Below are positions 9,973 through 18,887 of a DNA stretch of 64,000 nt, piece by piece. The notes below the pieces were generated by a model. The model saw only the letters and a program-made list of their open reading frames with translations. It was not told the DNA's origin and did no database searches. The first letter of the stretch is position 1. Each line of letters opens with the position of its first letter. Origin of the DNA: Abditibacteriota bacterium (GTDB lineage Bacteria > Armatimonadota > UBA5829); NCBI GenBank assembly GCA_017445025.1, contig JAFSVJ010000009.1, forward strand, positions 1,536-65,535, given 5' to 3'. A program made the translations under genes and the position numbers.

Positions 9973-10989
9973 TCATTGTTTTAAGTCCGGGAGAGTGCTT
10001 TCTCTCAAAACGATTTCCCCCTTTATTTGTTCATGGACCGGAGAAAAGACTTTTCCGTCAATCAAATTCAAAAGGATTTCCATTCCTCTTTTGGCTATAA
10101 GTTTTCCCGGTTGAGTCACGGAAGATAAGGTGGGAATAGTAAAATCACACATAATTGTATTATCATAACCCATTATTTCCACATCTTCCGGTATTCTGTA
10201 ACCCAATGAATTTAAACACCTCATCACTAACAAGGTATAAGCGTCAAACTGACCTAAAATTATCTCCGGTTTTTCTCTGTCCATATATTTTTTCAAAGCC
10301 ACCGGATCAATTTTACTTGAACGATAGCTGGCCTGATAGGACATTTCCTTTAAGCCATTATCTCTGATACAATCTTGATATCCCTTTAATCTTTCTCTTT
10401 GAGAAGGGTCCCAATCGGTGGCCCCCCAATGGACAAAACCTATTCTCTTTCTTCCGTGGTCAATCATATATTTAATTGTATCATAAACATTGTTATAGTT
10501 ATCAGTCGCTATAACATTTAATTCCGGAACGGGAATGTTTTGTTCAAGGACCACAAGAGGTTTTTTTCGACTAAACTCTACAAGATTTGAATAGATCTTT
10601 TCTTTTCGTTCTACAAAAGGGGTAACTATTAATCCGTCAACATATCTTTTCTTCATTATTTCAAGACATCTGTCTTCCTTTTCTGCCGACAGGTTAGACT
10701 CTCCCAAACAGACCACATACCCGGCATCCATAGCTATCTCTTCAACTTCACCTATAATATCCATAAATATACCGCCTAAATTAGGCACAACAACACCTAA
10801 ATTATAGGTTCTCCCCGTAACGAAGGTTTGAGCAATATAAGAAGGCTCATATCCCATTTCATTGGCAATTTTCTTTACTCGCTCTCTGGTTTGAGGAGAA
10901 ATATTACCGAAATTATTTAATGCTCTTTGGACTGTACCCACGGAAACATCCGCAGCCTTAGCTATATCTCTTATGGTCACTCTTTTCAT
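9973..10989 (-). CDS. LacI-family transcriptional regulator
   Basis: N-terminal HTH MKRVTIRDIAKAADVSVGTVQRALNN...TRERVKKIANEMGYEPS is the canonical LacI DNA-binding domain. It is followed by a periplasmic-binding-fold sugar domain. Confidence 0.9.
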   Translation of the reverse strand: MKRVTIRDIAKAADVSVGTVQRALNNFGNISPQTRERVKKIANEMGYEPSYIAQTFVTGRTYNLGVVVPNLGGIFMDIIGEVEEIAMDAGYVVCLGESNLSAEKEDRCLEIMKKRYVDGLIVTPFVERKEKIYSNLVEFSRKKPLVVLEQNIPVPELNVIATDNYNNVYDTIKYMIDHGRKRIGFVHWGATDWDPSQRERLKGYQDCIRDNGLKEMSYQASYRSSKIDPVALKKYMDREKPEIILGQFDAYTLLVMRCLNSLGYRIPEDVEIMGYDNTIMCDFTIPTLSSVTQPGKLIAKRGMEILLNLIDGKVFSPVHEQIKGEIVLRESTLPDLKQ

Positions 10990-10992
10990 CTT

Positions 10993-12471
10993 TTACTCTT
11001 TACTCAAAGGTTCAGCTTTTAAATATGTCTTTATACCATTCAAAATACCCTTTCCGAGAATTTCCTTAAACTCAGGAGTTTGAACATATTCTCTGTCAAT
11101 ATAGTGATTTATAAATCCTGTTTCAATTAAAGTGCAAGGCACTCTCTCCTTGCTTGCGGAACGCAAAACTCCATAACCTGATTTATACATAACCGTATCG
11201 CTTTTAATTCCCTTATCGGGAATAGTTATAAAAGGAACAATGCAGTCGTGTATGCAAGTGGCAATATATTTTGACCCGGTTAGATTCTTATGATAATAAT
11301 CTTCAAAACCTGTAGCTCTGTCCTCCCCTTCTGTGGAATTACAATGGACACTTATAAAAAAGTCACAATTGTTGTCTATTGACATTTGACCTCTCTCCGC
11401 TAAGGAAGGATTGCCCTCTAAATCTCTGGTCAAAATAACTTTTATTCCCTCTTCTTCTAAGATGGATTTCACAACCAAACACATATCATAATTTACATAT
11501 TTTTCATAAATATTATGACGACCGACACCAAATTCTTTACCACCATGGCCCGGATCCAAAACTATGGATATTTCATTTAATGATTTCCCCTCTGTTTTAA
11601 GAGGGCTTATTCTGATAATCATATCATTGTTTTCCGTCTTACTTGTGGCATCCATAATTTTATCAAGAAGACAGGTGATTTCTCTTTCCCCCACATCAAG
11701 TTTCAAATGTCCCGCAGATTTTTTACCCATAATTCTGCTTAAAACTTTTCCGTTTTTTAATTTTATTTTCAAAAGCCCTGTGCAAACATTAACATCTATA
11801 TCCGCCTCGGAAAGAGCACCTTCTTTTAAGACTATTACATAGTCATTGCCGGATTTACGAAAGTCCACTGCTTCTATATTTGAAAATGTTGTAATACCAC
11901 TTTCCGTCAGATTAATTTCCGCATTGGAAGTATTTAGATAAACAGGAGTTGTTTTATTGATTTTATTAAATGTGTTAAAATAAAAGATCAATTTATTATT
12001 CTCATTTTTAACTTCTATATTTTTCACACCGGGAGGCAAATTTATTGGAGCATAGGAATAAGTTATATCACTACCTTTAACACTGACAACAAAAGCTCTT
12101 TTGGAGCTTTGGCATATTATATCTGTTTTAAACAGGCATCCCAAAAAAAATGTATCACCTTTTATAAATGAATGAGTTATGGCATTATTAATTTCAAAAT
12201 ATTTTCCCTTTATTTTATAATGGGTACCCATTCTGCCTATTACTTGTTCAAGATCGTAAAGACCTGTATCTCCGTAAATATCTTCTTTGAAAATCTCTCT
12301 GTCCCCTACTTGGGCATAATCAAAAAAATCTTCCGATACGAGATATTTATTATCTCGAATAACTCTTTCATTGACTTTCAGATAATTTCCGTCTACACTT
12401 ATAAAATAATCGGAAGCAAATGAAACTATTGGCAAAAAAAACAAAATTATAACATAAAATATATTTTTCAT
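10993..12471 (-). CDS. N-acetylmuramoyl-L-alanine amidase (Amidase_3, AmiC/CwlC-like) with N-terminal signal peptide
   Basis: LDPGHGGKEFGV...FISVHCNS is the Amidase_3 zinc-binding signature. Start chosen at MKNIF (12471), which has a GAGGG RBS. The 5-codon upstream extension overlaps that RBS. The 4-bp gap to the lacI-family gene suggests co-transcription. Confidence 0.8.
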   Translation of the reverse strand: MKNIFYVIILFFLPIVSFASDYFISVDGNYLKVNERVIRDNKYLVSEDFFDYAQVGDREIFKEDIYGDTGLYDLEQVIGRMGTHYKIKGKYFEINNAITHSFIKGDTFFLGCLFKTDIICQSSKRAFVVSVKGSDITYSYAPINLPPGVKNIEVKNENNKLIFYFNTFNKINKTTPVYLNTSNAEINLTESGITTFSNIEAVDFRKSGNDYVIVLKEGALSEADIDVNVCTGLLKIKLKNGKVLSRIMGKKSAGHLKLDVGEREITCLLDKIMDATSKTENNDMIIRISPLKTEGKSLNEISIVLDPGHGGKEFGVGRHNIYEKYVNYDMCLVVKSILEEEGIKVILTRDLEGNPSLAERGQMSIDNNCDFFISVHCNSTEGEDRATGFEDYYHKNLTGSKYIATCIHDCIVPFITIPDKGIKSDTVMYKSGYGVLRSASKERVPCTLIETGFINHYIDREYVQTPEFKEILGKGILNGIKTYLKAEPLSKE

Positions 12472-12614
12472 AATCTTTACCCTCAATATTAATTATATCA
12501 CATTTTACCGATAATCTCAATTTATTTAATTATAAACCTAATTATAATTATTAAAAATTTTTTAAAATTTTACTTTAAATAAAATTATTATTTATATAAA
12601 TATGGTTTTAGGGC

Positions 12615-12643
12615 TTGACAAACTCGTAAAAATATGATATAAT
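12615..12643 (+). promoter_or_regulatory. Consensus sigma70 promoter TTGACA-17-TATAAT
   Basis: ttgaca (12615-12620), an exactly 17-nt spacer, then tataat (12638-12643). Confidence 0.7.
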
Positions 12644-12730
12644 ATAATTGTCATGAAAATAAATTTTTCAAAATTTAATAGAGATTATTATTGCTGGTAT
12701 TCTGTTTAAAGATTACCGCAATATTTTCAT

Positions 12731-12794
12731 ATCGCGGTGAAAACCGCGGTTTTTTTATAAAAAAAGACCGCATCAGTAGAATGCGGTCTTTTTT
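12731..12794 (+). terminator. Two tandem intrinsic-terminator hairpins in the 5' leader of the porin-like gene (candidate attenuator or small RNA 3' end)
   Basis: Hairpin 1: cgcggt-gaaa-accgcg plus T8 (12731-12755). Hairpin 2: gaccgcat-cagtaga-atgcggtc plus T8 (12764-12794). They lie between the consensus promoter and the RBS/ATG at 12838. Confidence 0.55.
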
Positions 12795-12837
12795 TTGAGA
12801 ATTTTGAAAGGTTAAAAACAAAACTAAGGAGACTTAC

Positions 12838-14115
12838 ATGAAGAAACTTCTATTCACCCTTCTTGTGCTTATAATGGGATTATCTCTCTTTGCACAAGAC
12901 GCAGAGGAAAAACAAGAACCCTTTAAATTTTGGGGTTCTGTTGACGTTGACGTTATCAAAGGTGATGAATTGTATTTCAGAAACCCGGATGAATTTAAAT
13001 TAATGGGAAACCTTGAATTAAACGGAAACTACAAAATTAACGATCAGTGGGAACTTAACGGAACAGTTGTTGTAGGTAACTACCTAAAATCATTGGAATC
13101 TACTCCTCTTGAAAACATTCACCACATTTACTCCCAACTCTACTACTTAAACGCAAAGTATAAAAATGAAAACTGGGGAGATGTAAGCATAGGTTCCTTC
13201 GGCTTTAAAGTAAATCCATATGTTTTACAAAGAGTAACCAATGATGATTACTTCTCAAACCCACTCACACAAAGCGGAAACTACCCCCTCTTAGGTGTTA
13301 ATTGGAAAAACACCATAAACAATTTTTCTTACAACCTTTGGGGTGGAAGATTGGGCAAAAACGGTTTTGACGATGCCAACTTATACCTATATTCTTACAA
13401 TTTAGGTCAATTAAAAGACACTTATGGTGTAGATTTGGGTTATGACTTTGGTCCTGTTCAAATTAACGCTTTATGGTCTCACTTTACCGGTGATGCTGAT
13501 GAACTCGTTGACCCGGGTGCCGATAAGACAAATGTCTACGGTGGTGGTGTTAAAGTTCCCATCAAAAGTATAGATTCCATGGTTGCCGGTAACTACTACG
13601 CAAGAAAAGCCGATAACATTGATAACACAAAGATGTGGGATCTCTACTTTACAAAGAATTTCGGTAAATTCTACACCAAATTGGGATATATTTATGTTGG
13701 TGAACACTACAACGCTCCCGGTGACTGGATGATGCACACAAGAAACGGTAGCGGTATCAAGGGATGGCAACTTTACTGGAACGGACCTATTGCGGGCAAA
13801 TTCTCCACATACGGTTATTTTCACAAAGGTAAAGACTTTAACGAACTCACTGAAGGTCCTCTCTTTAAATCAAAGTTAGGTTTGATTTATACTTTTGATG
13901 AAAACAATAATATTAACTTTAACTGGACATACAAACACAGAAAAGCAGACGCAGTTGACAGTCATGTAATAGATAACTACTGGTTTATTGGTTTCACTCA
14001 CATATTTGACGAACACATGAAAATCAGTTTAAACTATGAACTTAACAGATTCAACTATGATATAGACGACGGAACAAAAGACATGTTCTACACTCAATTC
14101 ACTTATTCATTCTAA
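12838..14115 (+). CDS. Putative outer-membrane beta-barrel (porin-like) protein
   Basis: Signal peptide MKKLLFTLLVLIMGLSLFA. The composition is rich in Gly, Tyr and Asn with alternating residues. The C-terminus ...QFTYSF ends in an aromatic residue (Phe), which is typical of outer-membrane beta-barrels. RBS aaggag. Confidence 0.55.
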   Translation: MKKLLFTLLVLIMGLSLFAQDAEEKQEPFKFWGSVDVDVIKGDELYFRNPDEFKLMGNLELNGNYKINDQWELNGTVVVGNYLKSLESTPLENIHHIYSQLYYLNAKYKNENWGDVSIGSFGFKVNPYVLQRVTNDDYFSNPLTQSGNYPLLGVNWKNTINNFSYNLWGGRLGKNGFDDANLYLYSYNLGQLKDTYGVDLGYDFGPVQINALWSHFTGDADELVDPGADKTNVYGGGVKVPIKSIDSMVAGNYYARKADNIDNTKMWDLYFTKNFGKFYTKLGYIYVGEHYNAPGDWMMHTRNGSGIKGWQLYWNGPIAGKFSTYGYFHKGKDFNELTEGPLFKSKLGLIYTFDENNNINFNWTYKHRKADAVDSHVIDNYWFIGFTHIFDEHMKISLNYELNRFNYDIDDGTKDMFYTQFTYSF

Positions 14116-14118
14116 AAG

Positions 14119-14140
14119 AAGCTCGGGAAACCGAGCTTTT
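14119..14140 (+). terminator. Rho-independent terminator aagctcgg-gaaa-ccgagctt+tttt; left copy of a 22-bp perfect direct repeat (candidate attL-side island boundary)
   Basis: An 8-bp stem with a GNRA loop, 3 bp after the porin stop. The identical 22-mer recurs at 34824-34845. Confidence 0.6.
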
Positions 14141-14220
14141 ACTATTGATTTAGAGTCTTTTTCTGTATTTAAACTTACCCTTAATTATTTGTCATAAACT
14201 ACAAATAAACTACAACTTTT

Positions 14221-15248
14221 TTATATAAATTGCAATTTATCTATTGCTGCAATTAAATCCATTTTTGGTAATCGAGTATATACATCAAGGGTTACATCTT
14301 TATACTTATGACCCATGATCTTTTTAATTGCTATAATATCTACTTTATTTTTAAGCATGTAATATGAAAAACTTTGCCTACAATTTTTAGGAACATGATC
14401 AAAAGAATGTTTTGAAAAGATTTGACGCAATTTTGATTCTGAGAAATTAAATACACCTTGTTTAACTTCTTCTGTTATTTTAAGAATATCTTTATGTATT
14501 GGAACTACTCTGTTAATTCCGGCTTCTGTTTTACTACCGGTTATTATATAACGTTCGTTTAAGTGAAATTCACTTATTTTTGATATTTCATTAAATCTTA
14601 TTCCCGTATATAAATAAAAAAGTTGTAATTTACAGGACAATTCATCTTTGTTTTTCCAAAGTTCTTGTATCTCACCAACTGTATAATTATTCTCCTCTTT
14701 TTTCGCTTGTGAAGATGAAGAAATTGCAATTGACGTTGCGTAATTTTTGGTAGCCCAGTCTTTATTTACAGCATATTCTGATAATTTCACCAACATTGTT
14801 CTAACTTTGCTTTGCATGGGGTATCCATATTTTAAAGTCTTAAATAAATTTACATAATCTTGGTGTTTAATATCACTCATAAGTTTGTTATGTAAAACAG
14901 CACAATCTTTAAAAGCTATTTTAGTATCCTTCTTCCAACTTTTGCTTTTATTTCCAAAAATGGTTATATAGTTAAACCATTGTTTGAATGCAACCTCAAA
15001 TGTAATTAGGACTAGATCATCAGGGTGTTCCTTTTTACAATTTTTTAAGGCTTCTTTTGCTTCTTCTTCTGTTTGGTAGTTTCCTAATGTTTTTTGAATT
15101 CTTTTAATTGTGCCATCTTCAGAAATATTATATGTTTGCGGTAATACTACTCTCCATTGCTTTTTTAATTCCGGACGGTTTATCTTGAAAATAGATTCTT
15201 CGCCTTTTTGTCTTCTTTTATATTCTATTTTTTTCTAAGTCTACCCAT
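14221..15248 (-). pseudogene. Tyrosine recombinase / phage-type integrase, interrupted by a frameshift in an A7 homopolymer (T7 on the plus strand at 15228-15234)
   Basis: The C-terminal catalytic region has TGIRFNEI (Arg) and IMGHKYKDVTLDVYTRL (His, Arg, Tyr). The open frame continues 107 codons upstream of the annotated Met with no ATG. The ATG at 15248 (MGRLRKK) is restored to frame by a +1 A in the A7 tract. Confidence 0.75.
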
Positions 15249-15638
15249 TCAAAATCCTCAAAATAATAATTTACTCCTATATATACCAATAAATTTACAT
15301 AAATTGACTTTTGTTAATATTTTATTATATTTTTCTTTAGATAATGGTATTTTAATTTGAAAAAACATTTTGTGGTATAATAAAGTTTTTTTGTATGCAG
15401 TTTAATCTTACTGTTTATGATTTTATTGTTTTCATAGGAAACCAAGGTAGAGAGATTTTTCTTTACCTTTTTTTATTTTTTAAGTTTTTTATGATTTTTA
15501 TTAAAATAAAATCAAAAAACGCTGATTTAATTGAAGATTTAGATATTTATATTAAGAATCTAAAAGAATAATTTAGTATAATTAAAGTTAAGTTTTCTTA
15601 TTTTTCAAAAAATAATATATATTTTTTGTTTTAAACAT

Positions 15639-15663
15639 AAAAAAAAGACCTGTTGAGAGGTCT
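15639..15663 (-). terminator. Rho-independent terminator downstream of the Panacea-pair operon
   Basis: Minus-strand stem agacct-ctcaac-aggtct followed by T7. Confidence 0.55.
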
Positions 15664-15701
15664 GCTTTAGTTATATTGTTTATATAATTTTAATATTCTA
15701 T

Positions 15702-15998
15702 TTAAGTCGTTATCATTAAGTTTGCCTTCATAGAGTTATAATCAGTAATCTCTGAAATATCAAATTCCATATAAGAATCAAGTTTGATAAAGGTTTCTTT
15801 TGGAAATGGTGGATAATACTGTTCTATAAGATAGTTACTTTCAAAATATAATCTGCTTTCCTTTCCTCTTAATGAAGAAGCATTTAATACTCCTATTTTT
15901 GAACCTGTCACTTTAACAATTAGATAAAATCTGTTATATTCCGGAAAAGTCCCATCCTTAAACCTAAGTTTTGTGAATATTGCCTGTCCTACTTCCAT
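15702..15998 (-). CDS. Small hypothetical protein; candidate toxin partner of the upstream Panacea-domain protein
   Basis: A 98-aa ORF whose start overlaps the stop of the Panacea gene by 1 nt (ATGA). No motif recognised. Confidence 0.45.
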   Translation of the reverse strand: MEVGQAIFTKLRFKDGTFPEYNRFYLIVKVTGSKIGVLNASSLRGKESRLYFESNYLIEQYYPPFPKETFIKLDSYMEFDISEITDYNSMKANLMITT

Positions 15999-16642
15999 TA
16001 GTATGCTTGCACTTCTCCGTCATCAAGGAATAAAGACATTGCCACTTCATCTGTAACTAAAGAAAGATCATATAGCTTGTCATAATCTTTGTCTGTTAAT
16101 GTGATTTCTTTTGGGTTGTAGTAAAATCTCACACCGTTAATGACTTCATAAACCTCTTCTTTATCCCTATTTTCGTAAGTAGAAATAACCTTATAGGTTT
16201 TATCTATTTCCTTTTTTATTAATTCTGTAGGGATAACAGCATCACCGGGATTGGTTTTGGATGATTTTTTATATGTGTCATTCCAAAAATTAAAGGTGTG
16301 ATTAAGTTCGGAAAGTTCCTTTGCAGAATAATGACTGAAAATTTCATTGGTAAGTTCTAATACTTTATCGGTTTCTTTAGAGAAGTTTGGCTTAAAGGCA
16401 AGACTGTCTTTCAAAAAAGTATTAAAATTATCTTTAAATTTGAGACGAACATCTCCTATTACACAACCTTGTTTAAAGGCAAATATATTGTCTTTGTATA
16501 AAGGAGAGTTGTATAGTGATAGGTTTATCAGATATGCAAACAGAAGCAGTTTCTGCAATTTCATATTACTGTCAAAGTTAGACTGTTGAATATCAAGATT
16601 GGTTTTAACAAAGAATTTAGCTAAATCGTAAACATTTTCCAT
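15998..16642 (-). CDS. Panacea-domain (DUF4065, SocA/GepA-like) putative antitoxin
   Basis: ...MKLQKLLLFAYLINLSL...AFKQGCVIGDV matches the KLQKLLYfa...AWeyGPV core of DUF4065. Start set at MENVYD (16642), which has a strong AAGGAGG RBS, rather than the ORF-track start at 16666. Confidence 0.55.
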   Translation of the reverse strand: MENVYDLAKFFVKTNLDIQQSNFDSNMKLQKLLLFAYLINLSLYNSPLYKDNIFAFKQGCVIGDVRLKFKDNFNTFLKDSLAFKPNFSKETDKVLELTNEIFSHYSAKELSELNHTFNFWNDTYKKSSKTNPGDAVIPTELIKKEIDKTYKVISTYENRDKEEVYEVINGVRFYYNPKEITLTDKDYDKLYDLSLVTDEVAMSLFLDDGEVQAY

Positions 16643-17012
16643 AATAAACCTCCTTTTACTAACCATACTATTATACTATATTTTATTTATTTTGTCAAAT
16701 ATTAAACCAGCAATAATATATACTTATATTTTGAACCCAAAGTTCCCAAAGTAAGAATTAATATGTGTTTTTTCTGATTTTTGAGATTTAGGGTCAAACT
16801 GTCAAAATTAATGAACAATTTTTAAAAACTATAAAAAAACTGTTTTTTTAGTGGATTTTTGTAGTAAAAATATAGTATAATATATTGAGAGATATTTAAA
16901 ACAGCTTTCTTTTACGCCTATTATTATTAATTTGAAAAAACACTTAAAATATTATATAATAATTATGTGTATCTAATTATAAATAATAGTATAATTTAGT
17001 TATAAAGTAAAA

Positions 17013-18887
17013 ATGACAGACGAGAAGCCTTTTGAGTTAAAATTGAATAATGACAAATATGTGACAATAGATGAACTAACAAAAATAGATTTAGCCGGAA
17101 CTAAGCCTATTGATTTTGTTATAGGTAATAATCCACCGGTTTCTGTTAAGTTTTGGCGTTTATTATTAAGTAAAACCGTAGATGAACTCATAAAACTATA
17201 TCCACATAAAGATATATTGCACTTTTCCTCTGCCAATACAAGAATGCTATTATTTTCTTATAACAAAGAGGATTTACACAGAGGTGAACTATTATCTAAT
17301 GGTTTGTTTTTGGAAACCTGTTTTAGCTCTAATAAAGTAGTTGAATTAATCAAAGCTTTTTTTGATTTCTTCGGGTATAAAGGTGAGTATTTATTAAATT
17401 ACAGACGGGAGAGAACTCCTTCTATACAAAGAAGAAATCAAAAATTAAATATTGTTGAAACAAGTAATGAACAAAATTTTAATAAAGAAAATATAAATAA
17501 TTCATTTGAATTATATGATAAAGAATTAATAGATATAGCTAATGTTATATTAGAAGAAAAGTTTTCTAATGCTTTTAGATTAAATTCAAATATTGCTAAA
17601 AATAAGTTTAGGAGGGCTTATTTTGATTTATTGGGTAAAGAGTTAATAGAAGAGTTTAATATAGATGATTTAATTAAGACTTTAGGAGTTGTTTTTGAAG
17701 ACAAAGTATATATAATATCATCAAAAGCAAAAGATATTTTAAGTGAATTAATTAATGAAGCAATAATAAATAATAATAATATAATTTATTATAAAGATTT
17801 TTATGATAAGAATAGTTCAATTCTTTCTTCTTTAAACATTTTCAATTATGAAATATTAAAAAAAGTAATTCAGTCATATTTTGAAAATCTATTTATTGAT
17901 ACTCATTTTTTTAAACCATTGGAAGATAATAATTTAGTTAATGATTTAGTTGAATGCTTTAAAGGGAAAGACATGTTGTCTATATATGAAATAAAGAATA
18001 AACTATTATATACTGATATTAATCACATTAAAAGAATGTTACAATTAGATAAGAATTTTGTATTTGCCAAAAGATATAATTATATGTATGTAGAAAACTT
18101 ATCTATTTCTACAGATGATGTTGAAGAAAGTAAGAAAATAATAGAAAAATCCTTTACTGACAAAGGAACAGCCAGTTTATCCGATATAGTTGTTAATAAT
18201 AGTATAAATTTAAACTATAATGCAACTGAAAATGCTTTACGAGAGGCAATATTCATTAAATGTTTATCTAATATGTGTGACAGAAACAGATCCATATTAT
18301 ATCCCAAGGGAAAAGATAAAATATCCGGTGCTTTATTAATGGAGGAATATTGTTTAAGTCATAATAAAGTCACTGTAGAAGAATTAGAAGAATATGAAAA
18401 CAAAATGACTGGTCATACTTATTTTTGGTTGATAAAAGCTATGAATAATATGATAAGAGTGGATCAAAAAACATTTGTTAGTTTTGATTTAATTGAATTC
18501 GATATTGAAAAAACTAATGAAGCTATTGGAAGATTTATATATGATAAGATAGTTCCCTTTAAGAAAATAGATAGTTTTATTGGGTTTCCTGAAGTGGAAG
18601 GATATATTTGGAATAAATATTTATTAGCTTCTTTTTGTTTACATGTAAGTAATAAATATAATTCTTGGCATAAATTTGCTAAGAATGATATTTTAGGTGG
18701 AATATATCCTAATACAATGGAGATAGATAGTTATAATGACTTTTTATATTATGTGGTATTAGAAAACAATATACCATTAACTAATGAATCTATTAATCTT
18801 TTTTTAAAAGATAATGGTTATATAAAGAAAAACATAAATACAGATTGGATAATATCTAAAATTAACGAATATAAGGAAGTAAATTAG
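17013..18887 (+). CDS. Uncharacterised 624-aa protein, first gene of the defence operon; translationally coupled to the downstream BrxP-like gene
   Basis: No recognisable motif and very N/K/I-rich. Its TAG stop overlaps the GTG start of the next gene (tagtg at 18885-18889). Confidence 0.5.
   Translation: MTDEKPFELKLNNDKYVTIDELTKIDLAGTKPIDFVIGNNPPVSVKFWRLLLSKTVDELIKLYPHKDILHFSSANTRMLLFSYNKEDLHRGELLSNGLFLETCFSSNKVVELIKAFFDFFGYKGEYLLNYRRERTPSIQRRNQKLNIVETSNEQNFNKENINNSFELYDKELIDIANVILEEKFSNAFRLNSNIAKNKFRRAYFDLLGKELIEEFNIDDLIKTLGVVFEDKVYIISSKAKDILSELINEAIINNNNIIYYKDFYDKNSSILSSLNIFNYEILKKVIQSYFENLFIDTHFFKPLEDNNLVNDLVECFKGKDMLSIYEIKNKLLYTDINHIKRMLQLDKNFVFAKRYNYMYVENLSISTDDVEESKKIIEKSFTDKGTASLSDIVVNNSINLNYNATENALREAIFIKCLSNMCDRNRSILYPKGKDKISGALLMEEYCLSHNKVTVEELEEYENKMTGHTYFWLIKAMNNMIRVDQKTFVSFDLIEFDIEKTNEAIGRFIYDKIVPFKKIDSFIGFPEVEGYIWNKYLLASFCLHVSNKYNSWHKFAKNDILGGIYPNTMEIDSYNDFLYYVVLENNIPLTNESINLFLKDNGYIKKNINTDWIISKINEYKEVN

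Noticed and set aside
14196-14209. 14-mer ataaactacaaata shared between 14196-14209 and 34790-34803 as an alternative att core
   Set aside because: At this base composition dozens of chance 14-mer matches are expected in 64 kb. Its order relative to the 22-bp hairpin differs at the two ends. The 22-bp hairpin repeat is the better-supported boundary.
15371-15381. Plus-strand tgtggtataat promoter-like motif in the 450-bp non-coding gap between integrase and the Panacea pair
   Set aside because: Could drive an antisense or sRNA transcript, but no downstream ORF or convincing terminator. Kept only as a note because AT-rich DNA produces many -10-like strings.
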